Positions 40,129 through 49,233 of a stretch of DNA of 64,000 nt are shown in pieces. Position 1 is the stretch's first letter, and the number at the start of each line of letters is the position of its first letter. Under the pieces are notes generated by a model. It did not search any database, had not been told where the DNA came from, and saw only the letters and a list, made by a program, of their open reading frames with translations. The translations under genes were made by a program, and so were the position numbers. Source of the stretch: Candidatus Babeliales bacterium (GTDB lineage: Bacteria; Babelota; Babeliae; Babelales; JBFXEV01); NCBI GenBank assembly GCA_050179755.1, contig JBFXEV010000001.1, positions 681,994-745,993 on the forward strand. Direction: 5' to 3'.

Positions 40129-41916
40129 TTATAGGAAAAACTCTAAGCCAATATACCAATCTGTATCTTGTGGTGTATTTTTACCACCAACCACGCCGCC
40201 AACGCTTGCAAAAATGCCAGCAGTAATGCAATCAAATTCATGCCGTAAACATATTTCACCGTAGAGTTTATGCGTGGTAACGTCTGTGTTAATTCTTAGA
40301 TTGTTAGCATTAAGCAAGTTGGTGCCCGTTGGTATGCATGTGCACGCATTTGATTGTAAGCTAATAGAATCTCGTGATTTGATATACAGTTCATAACCAA
40401 AACGCATAAGGGCATAATCCTTGCAGGTGATAGGGCGTGCAATAGAAGCTTCTGCGTGGCCTAAGAAATAGTGCCAATTTACGTTGGCAGGAACGCCTGA
40501 TCCAATGTTTTTGATCGTTGCTCCTTGCAGCGGTAATGCCACATTTTCTGCGCGTTTAAGTACTACAGAAAAGAGGGCATCTGCTTGTAGCAATAACCAA
40601 TCATAATCATGCCAATAGGTTCGCGTGCCAATCATAATTTCTGGGTGTCCGTTATTGCCAAGTGATTGCAATGCGATCAGGCCTGGAGCCACTTGTGCGC
40701 CGGCCGTTGGTAAGCGCAATGCAACATTACCTTCTACAAAAGAACACTGATTCCACCAATATTGGGTGAAAAACTGTGCATCAATATCACCAAGCCCGCC
40801 ATGACTTCGCGAATTAAAATTAATGCCAGCTCTTTCAAAAAATGCATTAATTTGTGTGGCTGGTGATCCGATTAAAAGATCAACGCGTTTTTTGATTATG
40901 CACGCGGGATCAACCAATTTAGTGACCGTGGGCGTTGATATAAAGGTTGGTTCAATCCACAATTGCTCCCGAATTTCTTCTTGTTCAGGAGTATTGGCGC
41001 CAAGTTCACCATAAGGTGTTGTGATGAGAAAGCGTGCGCGCCCGCCGATGGGCACAGGACTACCACTGCCTGGTAAGCCATCAAACGATTGTGCTTGGTC
41101 TATTGGTTGCGCAAAAGGGGGAGTTGGTGCAGTGCCCAAAGGTGGTTTAAAAACAGTAACTGGGTTTTGGCGTATTTGATTGAGCGTATTAAAGTTATTG
41201 GTGACATCAACATTTGCAATAGTTATAGGATATGTCACTGGATTTGCTGGTGGATTGCCTTTGAATCCTGTATCTACATAATCAACTAGCCGCACCATGA
41301 GGCCTGGAGGTGACCAGCTTTCAGGTAATTGATGCAAAAATTGTAAACGATATGCAAATGTTTCCACCGGTGTGCTGTTAGTGCCTAAAAACTCTACTTG
41401 TTCGCGTACGTTAGCATCAAGAATTGCAGGGTCAATTTGGTTATTAACAATCGGGCCTTGCGTTAAGCGCATGTTAAAATTGCGAAAGGGGATAGTTACA
41501 CGGCCACCAACAACCACGTTGCAGCGCACCGCATGAGAACTTACTAATCCAAGCACTACGCCGCGATCGGTATAGGTATAACGGGGTGAGAGTAGAGTTG
41601 AAAAAAGAATATTAATAGGTGACGTGGTTTGCGTTGCAAAAATATCATTTACTGGAAAATCTGCTCTGTTAAATAATAATGCGGATAACGGGCTTTTATG
41701 TGTATCAGTAGTTTCAACATTAAGTGCGGTATCACATTTGCGCTGATAATAACCTGCCCATGCATAAAATTGTGCTTGTTCACATAGAGGATTAAGTGGT
41801 TCAGTGTGCAGCCAATAACGTAATAAAGGAATGGGTGTTCTAAATTCACGCGCAGTAAGTGTTGTGCTTATGCATGTGGCAATTACTAAACTGTATATAA
41901 GATAGTTGTGCTTCAT
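40129..41916 (-). CDS. Secreted protein, possible outer-membrane beta-barrel
   Basis: Signal peptide; amphipathic beta-strands; C-terminal WYIGLEFFL. Confidence 0.5.
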   Translation of the reverse strand: MKHNYLIYSLVIATCISTTLTAREFRTPIPLLRYWLHTEPLNPLCEQAQFYAWAGYYQRKCDTALNVETTDTHKSPLSALLFNRADFPVNDIFATQTTSPINILFSTLLSPRYTYTDRGVVLGLVSSHAVRCNVVVGGRVTIPFRNFNMRLTQGPIVNNQIDPAILDANVREQVEFLGTNSTPVETFAYRLQFLHQLPESWSPPGLMVRLVDYVDTGFKGNPPANPVTYPITIANVDVTNNFNTLNQIRQNPVTVFKPPLGTAPTPPFAQPIDQAQSFDGLPGSGSPVPIGGRARFLITTPYGELGANTPEQEEIREQLWIEPTFISTPTVTKLVDPACIIKKRVDLLIGSPATQINAFFERAGINFNSRSHGGLGDIDAQFFTQYWWNQCSFVEGNVALRLPTAGAQVAPGLIALQSLGNNGHPEIMIGTRTYWHDYDWLLLQADALFSVVLKRAENVALPLQGATIKNIGSGVPANVNWHYFLGHAEASIARPITCKDYALMRFGYELYIKSRDSISLQSNACTCIPTGTNLLNANNLRINTDVTTHKLYGEICLRHEFDCITAGIFASVGGVVGGKNTPQDTDWYIGLEFFL

Positions 41917-41931
41917 AATTTCTCTTTATGT

Positions 41932-42357
41932 TTAAGATTGCACGGGAATAAATAGGCTGTTGCCACTCATACGCAGAATTGGTTGTAAATCAGGAAATTG
42001 TAAAATAGCTCCCGGCAGAACTTGTAGTTGGGCATTACCATTAAATGTGATATTGAGCCCAATTATCCAACGTGCCGATGTGCTAACAATAAAAGCGCCG
42101 CTAGTACTTGATGTCAAAGTAACAACATCGGTTTGCAGATCAAACCCTGGCCCTGCTTCAATGAGCAAGCACCCGATAGTATCGGTAATAACTATATCTT
42201 CATCAAGAATAATGGTACTGGTTTCATTAGGGCGAAATGGATTATCGCACGAATAGAGTTGATTAAATTCGCTTGCAGTTATAATAACACTAAGTGATTG
42301 GGTGCAATAAAGCGATAGTGCAATACATGTTGCACTCAAAAGGTAATTGTTCATCAT
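41932..42357 (-). CDS. Small secreted beta-rich protein
   Basis: Signal peptide; 141-aa ORF heading a three-gene unit. Confidence 0.55.
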   Translation of the reverse strand: MMNNYLLSATCIALSLYCTQSLSVIITASEFNQLYSCDNPFRPNETSTIILDEDIVITDTIGCLLIEAGPGFDLQTDVVTLTSSTSGAFIVSTSARWIIGLNITFNGNAQLQVLPGAILQFPDLQPILRMSGNSLFIPVQS

Positions 42358-42431
42358 ATGCTCTCTTTAAGTTATATATAAAATTTATATACAACTTAAG
42401 TTCAGCAGATGATGAACAACTTGTCAAGCGC
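42345..42431 (-). promoter_or_regulatory. Duplicated regulatory cassette, copy 1 (TTGACA plus sequence complementary to the start-codon region)
   Basis: 42396-42431 matches 47271-47306 at 35/36 nt. Confidence 0.65.
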
Positions 42432-43097
42432 TTAAGAATTTGGGTTTTTCATACCCTCGAGCACAGATTCTTTTGTTGTGGGAGGTGGCGCATTTTTGGC
42501 AGCCTCAGCTTGTTGCTCTGGGGTAAGTTTAGGTTTAACTGGGTCGCCAGCTTGGGTTGTGAATGTACCATCAGGGTTTCTAACCATGCCTACAGCGCCT
42601 TCTGGTAGTGGTTCTGGTGGTTTTGTATAGTTAAACGTTGCAACAGCTGCGCCATCTTCGCGCGTGAGAATAATATTTTGATTAGGGCAACCTTTTTGTG
42701 TATTGTTTTTTGGAATAGCTTTTGCAAATTCTGTTTGATCTTGGAATTTTACCATAACTGATGATACACAGAAGCCCATGCGTGCGCCTTCTTTAAATGT
42801 ATAGGTAGTAGATTCATTGGGTTGTAAGTTACGGTACTGACCTTCAGGATCAAGCCTGCCTGTTTGATCATATGCTAAATTTCCCTGACTTCCTTTACTC
42901 ACATAACTATAGCCAGCAGCGGTAATAAAAACTTGTGCGGGCGTTGAAGTATTATTTGTTATGGTAAAAAGTCTTGGCGTGGGTTCTGCTGCAAACGCAT
43001 GTAATGAAATGGTTAATGCTAGTATGGTAAGCGCAATGTTATGTACTCTATTCATATTAATCCTTGCCAAGTTCAGCAGTAAGCGGTGTAGTACCAA
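42432..43097 (-). CDS. Secreted protein, family B-prime (paralog of 47343)
   Basis: Probable start MNRVH; ITAAGYSYVSKGSQGNLAYD vs ITAEGYDFISKNSKGNLAFD in 47343. Confidence 0.7.
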   Translation of the reverse strand: MVLHRLLLNLARINMNRVHNIALTILALTISLHAFAAEPTPRLFTITNNTSTPAQVFITAAGYSYVSKGSQGNLAYDQTGRLDPEGQYRNLQPNESTTYTFKEGARMGFCVSSVMVKFQDQTEFAKAIPKNNTQKGCPNQNIILTREDGAAVATFNYTKPPEPLPEGAVGMVRNPDGTFTTQAGDPVKPKLTPEQQAEAAKNAPPPTTKESVLEGMKNPNS

Positions 43098-43650
43098 TTT
43101 TTGGTGTTGAACTATCCTTTATTGCTTTTTGGAATGCAGGCAATGTTGCTACTACTTTGCCGTTACCGGTAAGTACAAGCTTTATAGCGCCTGGTTCTTG
43201 TAAATCAGCTGGCGTATCAATAGAAACCATTTGGTCTACTGAAGTCCACATAGTTTCATTTGGCTTTTGCACAAATATGCCCACTATTGTTTTGCCCTGA
43301 TCACCAATATTTGGATCATTTTTAGCTTTTTTAATAGCAGCAAGTAAGTTTGCTGGCGCATCAGTGGGCAATGGTTGAGCGAGATCGAGCATGTAGAATA
43401 AGCCTTTAACTTTTTTGCCCGTGTATCTACCTTGTGTTGGGATTATTTCAATTATTTTTTTACCGCTTGTTGGTAGTGCAATGGTAGCAATCACTTGTTT
43501 ATTAATAATGCCATAATCTTCTGCCTGAATATCGGTAGTATCAATAGTTGCTTTTGCGGATTTAATGGGGCCAAGATCTAAGTTCATTGCAAAACTAAAT
43601 TGAGAGATCAAGCAACTGAACAGTGTGCTTATGAGTAAGTTATTTTTCAT
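43057..43650 (-). CDS. Secreted protein, array family A
   Basis: LPTSGKKII..PTQGRY, DLAQPLPTDAP, KKAKNDP, WT. Confidence 0.7.
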   Translation of the reverse strand: MKNNLLISTLFSCLISQFSFAMNLDLGPIKSAKATIDTTDIQAEDYGIINKQVIATIALPTSGKKIIEIIPTQGRYTGKKVKGLFYMLDLAQPLPTDAPANLLAAIKKAKNDPNIGDQGKTIVGIFVQKPNETMWTSVDQMVSIDTPADLQEPGAIKLVLTGNGKVVATLPAFQKAIKDSSTPKIGTTPLTAELGKD

Positions 43651-43677
43651 GATAGAGTTCCTTTTTTATTCATATTT

Positions 43678-44316
43678 TTAAAATGCTTTAGCCAAATCAG
43701 TAGTCATAACGCTAGCAGGAACAGTGTTTCCTTGCCCATCTTTATGTGCTGGTGAATAAATTTTTGCGCGTCCATCGGGAAATATCTCAGTAGCAATAGG
43801 CTTCATTTTATTAAAGGGGTCATCACTGAAAGAAGCAATGAGTTCAGCCCATTGTTTGCCAGTCGAACGATATACTTTTAACATAGTAACCGCCCAAGGG
43901 TATTCCTTTTTACCGTCAATAGCTTCTTGATAGATGTTTGGATTTGATAATCCTTTAGGCATGTTATCAAGCTCAAATGCATTAAATAAAATTTTAATTT
44001 GTTGTTCTTTAAGTCGACCTTCAGTGGGTGTGAAAGTAACTATTTTTTTGCCACCTGCAGTCATGTCTATATCGACTTGGCGTTTTGCAGTAATGCGACC
44101 TAATGGTTGTACTTTTACACCTGTAGTAGTAAAGGTTAGTAAGTCGCCAGCTTTACCAACTGTAGCCGATTTTACTACAACATCGCCTACTGAACAATTT
44201 TCAATTTCCCCTTGGCAGATGTTGGCAGTTTTACTGTTATCGTCTTGTTTGGGCAAGGTCATGTTTGTAGTAAGTGCCAGCCCTATAACCGTTAATGTTA
44301 TAATATAGTTTTTCAT
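43678..44316 (-). CDS. Secreted protein, array family A
   Basis: ICQG..NCSVGD, GKKIVTFTPT, QQIKILF, KVY...QW. Confidence 0.7.
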   Translation of the reverse strand: MKNYIITLTVIGLALTTNMTLPKQDDNSKTANICQGEIENCSVGDVVVKSATVGKAGDLLTFTTTGVKVQPLGRITAKRQVDIDMTAGGKKIVTFTPTEGRLKEQQIKILFNAFELDNMPKGLSNPNIYQEAIDGKKEYPWAVTMLKVYRSTGKQWAELIASFSDDPFNKMKPIATEIFPDGRAKIYSPAHKDGQGNTVPASVMTTDLAKAF

Positions 44317-44411
44317 GGTACTATCCCTTAATTAATCTAAATTTTTCATTATTCTTTCCACCTTCAGCATAGCATTTTTATTGACTATTAAGCAATAGTT
44401 TAAAAAAACAT

Positions 44412-44443
44412 ACTGCCCCAAGTGATTTCTCTCTTGGGGCAGT
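44412..44443 (-). terminator. Intrinsic terminator
   Basis: ACTGCCCCAAG/CTTGGGGCAGT stem with a T tract on the minus strand. Confidence 0.7.
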
Positions 44444-44468
44444 GTTATAAACTACGTTTTGATTAAGA

Positions 44469-45176
44469 TTACTGTGCTGTTTTAGGGAGTTTTTGAATCT
44501 CATCAAGTGTCATACCAAGTTCAAGTTGAAGTGGTGGAGCACTTACTTTTTTGGTTGTGCCATCTGTTTGTGGCGCAAGGAACGATGGAAGATATGCAAT
44601 TACTTTACCACCTGGTTGAATTACAAGTCTGATACCTTTACCTTGTGCTAAATCTTGAGGCGTATCACTACTTCCGTCAACATAGAATGGCGTCCAAAGG
44701 CCTTGTTCATCAGGTCCTTGGCGGAACGCACCAGTTACTGTCTTTAAATCAGCAAAGTTAATTTTTGGATTTGCTTTAGCTTTTTCTATTGCTTCTTTCA
44801 TAATAGAAGGAGCATCTGCCGGCAACGGCTGGCTTAAATCAATTGTATATAACGCTGCTTTGATTTGTTGGTTGGCATAGCTGCCTGTAGTTGGCGTAAA
44901 TGAAAATATTTTTTTACCGGTTGCAGGAATAGCGATTGTTTTTTGAGTCATTCTGGTAATAACGCCAAATGATTCAACGGGAACGCCTACTGTGTTGAGC
45001 GCTTCAGGTTGGAACGCACCACCCATAGTAATATCACCAGTTATACAACCACCAACTACGTAACCTACGCAGTTAAGAATTGTTTTTACGGTTGTATCAC
45101 GCCCTGAAGCGTAACCTAACTGTGAAAACGTTAAGCAACCTACGATTGCTAACATGATTGAAGTTTTGTTATTCAT
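44469..45176 (-). CDS. Secreted protein, array family A
   Basis: NCVG...GCITGD, IPATGKKIFSFTPT, QQIK, DLSQPLPADAP, WT. Confidence 0.7.
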   Translation of the reverse strand: MNNKTSIMLAIVGCLTFSQLGYASGRDTTVKTILNCVGYVVGGCITGDITMGGAFQPEALNTVGVPVESFGVITRMTQKTIAIPATGKKIFSFTPTTGSYANQQIKAALYTIDLSQPLPADAPSIMKEAIEKAKANPKINFADLKTVTGAFRQGPDEQGLWTPFYVDGSSDTPQDLAQGKGIRLVIQPGGKVIAYLPSFLAPQTDGTTKKVSAPPLQLELGMTLDEIQKLPKTAQ

Positions 45177-45235
45177 GATAACACTCCTTTATTATTAGTT
45201 ATACTTTTTTTTGTTCTACTGTATAAGTATCTTTA

Positions 45236-45274
45236 CACTTTTAGTTTACCATTATTAATTTCTAATATGCAATA
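45236..45274 (-). promoter_or_regulatory. Duplicated sigma70-like promoter, copy 2
   Basis: TTGCAT-18 nt-TAAACT; 35/39 identical to 37535-37573. Confidence 0.7.
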
Positions 45275-45444
45275 GTTTTTCCTTGGGCGGGAAAGGCAGC
45301 GCAGGCTTGTTTAGAGGTATTCAGGTTAAAATCAAGGTAAGGCAGGAGGGTGGTTTTCAAGAATATATATTGACTTTTTTAATACAGATTGAGTATTATT
45401 AAATTAGGTAGATCCTTAAAAAAAGCTAGTACTAAAGGAGTTTT

Positions 45445-45837
45445 ATGATGAAAAAACGTATAATTGCGCTAGCATTGTTAGTGGCGAGTATTTCTGGTTC
45501 ACAAATGATCGCTATACAGATAAAAAATAATCTTAGGTATGGTGTTGCGGTGAGTGACGCTGATGGTGCCCGAATAGCAAATATTTGCACCATGGACACG
45601 GTAAATTGTGAAATTAGAGGTAAAGTTACACGATCTGGCGTTGAGCTTACCCGTGATCAAATGCGCGTGCGTCTCAATGTAAATGGTATTGATATTTATC
45701 CTGGTGAAACCAAAGAAGTGGGTTTTTGGGGTGATGGTTCAAGATTAACTGCATATTATGATACTACCGTGTTGCAATTTACAGCGCCAGTGCAAAATTC
45801 TTTAGAGTTCCCACGCGATTTTAAATTAGCCAGATAA
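45445..45837 (+). CDS. Small secreted protein
   Basis: AAGGAG RBS, signal peptide, IKNN start and a Cys pair. Confidence 0.6.
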   Translation: MMKKRIIALALLVASISGSQMIAIQIKNNLRYGVAVSDADGARIANICTMDTVNCEIRGKVTRSGVELTRDQMRVRLNVNGIDIYPGETKEVGFWGDGSRLTAYYDTTVLQFTAPVQNSLEFPRDFKLAR

Positions 45838-47190
45838 ATTAATTTCATTTCCTGACGTATCAAAATATTTGGCATAGGCATACGAAATATAGAGTATATT
45901 GCGTTGCCACTGCACGGCTTTAAATCGAGCTGAAAGACACATTAATTTGGGGATATTGGAATTTTTGCACCATATATCATTGGTTATTGCAAGTATGGTT
46001 GACCCTTTTTCATACCTATCGTCTGGCTTATCATTAAAAAAAAGTTCCGAACAAATATACGGTATAAATGAAACTCCTTCAAGAATATGGAGCATTGGTC
46101 GCTCATTTGTGGATGGAGTTATGCCCGGATAAGTACTGAAAAATAACTTTTCAAACAATTTAAAATTATAAATTTCTGGCAATGCTTCAGTAAGGAGCAT
46201 TGCATGCCGCTTATCAAAGATTTCTTTTAATTTCCCATTAAAAAACCAATGTAACGTGTTGCGGTAAGAAGGGCCATCCCAGCGAAATGAGCCAAGTACA
46301 ATATGTAGTGGCCGCAGCAAATCTTCTTCTGACCACATTGCGCAAAGATCAGGGTCTTTGCTTAAATGATCACAAAAAATGGATGACTCAGGCATAATAA
46401 TAAGCTTGGCATCAGGTTGTAATACCGCTACATGGAAGAATAATTCTTGCGCCAATTTTGCTTGTTTTGTTAAATCAACTTGGCTTGAAAGTTTGCTTGG
46501 CAGGTAGGCTATTTCTTTGAGCCATGCCGGTTTTATCATCGGTGCGAGCGGAATTACCAAACTAATAAGCCAGGGGGCTGCGAATGCTATCACCCAAAAA
46601 AAAGCATAGAGAGATTTTCTTATATACAAGTAAACGAGTGATCCTGAAAAACTTATAAGTAATAAGATAAGTATTGTTTTGCCAAGATAAGGCAAAAGTG
46701 CAAGTAAGCGCGGTTCCTCTGCAAGAACAAGTACGGGATTAAAGAAAAAATGCCCTTCACAGCGCCCAAAGAGTATAAAGCAATAATGTTCCATAAAAAG
46801 AATAAAAAGTGTGTACGTACTAACCCATAAAAAGAGTCGCTGCCCTACGCTGCGTAATGAAAAAAAGTTAATTATGGTATTATTGAGCAAAAACCAGCAT
46901 GCCGCATAAAAAGCAGCGGTGGAGATGAGTACTAATGCGGGAGCAAGGCGTGCAAGAATTGAGCCTTTTGCAAAGTTATCAATACCTGTAATAACGCCAG
47001 CCAGGTGAAGAGTGAAGGTAATAATTCCCCATAGAAAACCACGTTTAAACGAGAGATTGTTATATACTGCTATATATAAAAGGGGTGCAGCGAAAATAAA
47101 AACCAAGGGCCAAAAATAGCTACTCAAAAGTAATGGCAGCGCATAGCAAATTGCAGAAAGAATAAAGAGTAGCCAATGAGCGAGTATCAT
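45826..47190 (-). CDS. lnt: Apolipoprotein N-acyltransferase-like protein (divergent)
   Basis: Multi-TM N-terminal half and a nitrilase-fold triad: MPESS, DKRH, YICSE, ITND.W. Confidence 0.7.
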   Translation of the reverse strand: MILAHWLLFILSAICYALPLLLSSYFWPLVFIFAAPLLYIAVYNNLSFKRGFLWGIITFTLHLAGVITGIDNFAKGSILARLAPALVLISTAAFYAACWFLLNNTIINFFSLRSVGQRLFLWVSTYTLFILFMEHYCFILFGRCEGHFFFNPVLVLAEEPRLLALLPYLGKTILILLLISFSGSLVYLYIRKSLYAFFWVIAFAAPWLISLVIPLAPMIKPAWLKEIAYLPSKLSSQVDLTKQAKLAQELFFHVAVLQPDAKLIIMPESSIFCDHLSKDPDLCAMWSEEDLLRPLHIVLGSFRWDGPSYRNTLHWFFNGKLKEIFDKRHAMLLTEALPEIYNFKLFEKLFFSTYPGITPSTNERPMLHILEGVSFIPYICSELFFNDKPDDRYEKGSTILAITNDIWCKNSNIPKLMCLSARFKAVQWQRNILYISYAYAKYFDTSGNEINLSG

Positions 47191-47237
47191 TGTATGCCAC
47201 CAAAAAGCAGCATTAAATAGAAGTTGTTCATCATCAT
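47187..47237 (-). CDS. Putative 16-aa upstream peptide MMMNNFYLMLLFGGIQ coupled to lnt
   Basis: AAGGA RBS; its TGA overlaps the lnt ATG (ATGA). Confidence 0.35.
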   Translation of the reverse strand: MMMNNFYLMLLFGGIQ

Positions 47238-47306
47238 GCTTTCCTTACAATATACAAATAAGTATATATTTTAAGTTCAGCAGACGATGAACAACTTGTC
47301 AAGCGC
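47221..47306 (-). promoter_or_regulatory. Duplicated regulatory cassette, copy 2
   Basis: Same 36-mer as 42396-42431; 47221-47235 is complementary to 47283-47297 (14/15). Confidence 0.65.
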
Positions 47307-47342
47307 GGTCATATAGCCGCAGTGGGAATTTTGATCACCCGT

Positions 47343-47849
47343 TTATGAAGACGGTTGCTTTCCTTTAGATGGCATCTTGCCAGCAGTAACACTTTCAACA
47401 GGTTCAGTTTTTGCAGTAAGTGATTCTCCACCTTCAAAGTTAATTGAAGGTTTACCATCTGCTCTTCGCGTTAAATTAATAGTTTGAGTGGTTCCTGCAG
47501 CTACTTTATTTTCTTTAACAGCGCGTACAAAATCTGGTTCGCCTGCAAATTTTACCATAAGATCTTTTAATGGCATACCTTGGCGTGCATCGCCACCTTC
47601 CCAAGAATAATCTGTTGATTTACCGGGTTCAAGAGTACGAGTTTTCCCTTTAGGGTCATCCAAATTGCCTTCCATATCAAACGCAAGGTTTCCTTTACTG
47701 TTTTTACTTATAAAATCATAGCCTTCCGCTGTGATATATATTTCTGCATTTACGGCAGCATTATTTTTAACTGTAAAATCAGCTAATATATGGTTGCAGC
47801 TTAACGTCATAAGAGCTGCGATAGCCATGTTGAGTGATAAACGTTTCAT
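47343..47849 (-). CDS. Secreted protein, family B-prime
   Basis: Signal peptide; paralog of 42432. Confidence 0.7.
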   Translation of the reverse strand: MKRLSLNMAIAALMTLSCNHILADFTVKNNAAVNAEIYITAEGYDFISKNSKGNLAFDMEGNLDDPKGKTRTLEPGKSTDYSWEGGDARQGMPLKDLMVKFAGEPDFVRAVKENKVAAGTTQTINLTRRADGKPSINFEGGESLTAKTEPVESVTAGKMPSKGKQPSS

Positions 47850-47874
47850 AGTAAACTCCTTTAAGTCTTAAGTT

Positions 47875-48540
47875 TTATTTTTGTGTTTCGCCTGAGCGTA
47901 CTTGGCGGTAATATTCAAGCTTTCTGGCAAGTGAATCACCTGGATCTGGTTCTGAAAATCCTTCTTTCATCGTATCGCCAAAATCTCTAAATCCGGCAGA
48001 AACTGTTGTTACGTTTTCTGCTTCATATTTTTGCCAGCCTTCAAGTATTACTGAGGCCTTTTTGCTTGATGCAAAATCAGTAGCTTTTTTACCGCCAACA
48101 ATAGTGAGTGCACCTTTGCCGTGGAGTACTGTAGCTATTTTTAAAAGCTCATTTTGTGCTGCATAGAAAAGCGCAGTCATGCCGGCATTGTTTGGCAAAT
48201 TTAGCAATTCTGTGGCAGCGTCTTCTTTAGGTAGTTTTGTAAGCAATCGGTTGATAATATCGGTGATATATTGCGTCGCTTGTGCTTCTCCATAAAGAGC
48301 TACCGCCTGTGGAAATCCCTTAATGGCTGCAGTAATGAGCGTATTGCCGTTAGCATCACGGGCAACATATAAATCTTCGGTGCTAATCAAAAGAGATTTT
48401 GCTTGATTGAGCAAATTTACATAATCACCTTTCTCTGCAAAGGCAAAAAACTTTGTAGCTTCATCGGGCGAGCCAAATGCGCCAAAAGATGAAAGCAGCA
48501 TCATGCTTGCTCCAAGATAGGTTAAAAATTTAGAATTCAT
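47875..48540 (-). CDS. Secreted ankyrin-like protein
   Basis: GNTLITAA, GMTALFYAAQ, LHGKGA; paralog of 49230. Confidence 0.7.
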   Translation of the reverse strand: MNSKFLTYLGASMMLLSSFGAFGSPDEATKFFAFAEKGDYVNLLNQAKSLLISTEDLYVARDANGNTLITAAIKGFPQAVALYGEAQATQYITDIINRLLTKLPKEDAATELLNLPNNAGMTALFYAAQNELLKIATVLHGKGALTIVGGKKATDFASSKKASVILEGWQKYEAENVTTVSAGFRDFGDTMKEGFSEPDPGDSLARKLEYYRQVRSGETQK

Positions 48541-48693
48541 TGGTTTTCTCCTGTTTTTTTACTATTTTTTACCCTCATAGGGCATGCTTCTATATCACCA
48601 ATAGTATATCAATTTTGTCATTCAAATAGCAATATTATAGTATTTTTTTACTTCAAGTGTGCAGGTTAGGGTTGAGGAGGGCTTTTTTTTGGA

Positions 48694-49233
48694 TTATTTG
48701 TAATTGCTTTCAATCAAGGTAAACCCCTCAGTTTCTTCCTTCTCTTTAAGAAACCGTGCCAATTGTTCAAACTTACGCTTTTCTTTGGGGTTTTGTAAGC
48801 GCGATGCTATATCTTGTGCCCAAGCGCTTGCTGTTTTGCCTAAACTGTCTTTAAGGGTATAGTCTACGTGCGTCTTTGTATCTAAGTAGGTAATAACCGA
48901 TTGTAGGCCAAAAAGTGCTGCCATCATAAGAGCAGTTTGCTGCGCAACATTTTGAGCATTCACATTAATGCCTTTTAGGGGAATCAATTCTTTTATAAGC
49001 GATAGTGCTTGCTCTTCAGTAATAATATCAGTGCCAACCGCTTCAAGTACTGCGTGGAGTGGCGTGTTGCCTTTGCCGTCGCGCAATGTTGCTAAATTTT
49101 TTGATTGACTGATTAGCTTACGAGCCTGTGCAACATCTCCTTTATAAAGTGCTTGAAATAACTCAGTTGACCCACGTAGCATGTTTGGCGCGCAGATAAT
49201 GCTTGTGCATATGATTATTGTTTGTAATTTCAT
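48694..49233 (-). CDS. Secreted ankyrin-repeat protein
   Basis: GNTPLHAV, INVNAQN..QTALMMAA, GKTA. Confidence 0.8.
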   Translation of the reverse strand: MKLQTIIICTSIICAPNMLRGSTELFQALYKGDVAQARKLISQSKNLATLRDGKGNTPLHAVLEAVGTDIITEEQALSLIKELIPLKGINVNAQNVAQQTALMMAALFGLQSVITYLDTKTHVDYTLKDSLGKTASAWAQDIASRLQNPKEKRKFEQLARFLKEKEETEGFTLIESNYK

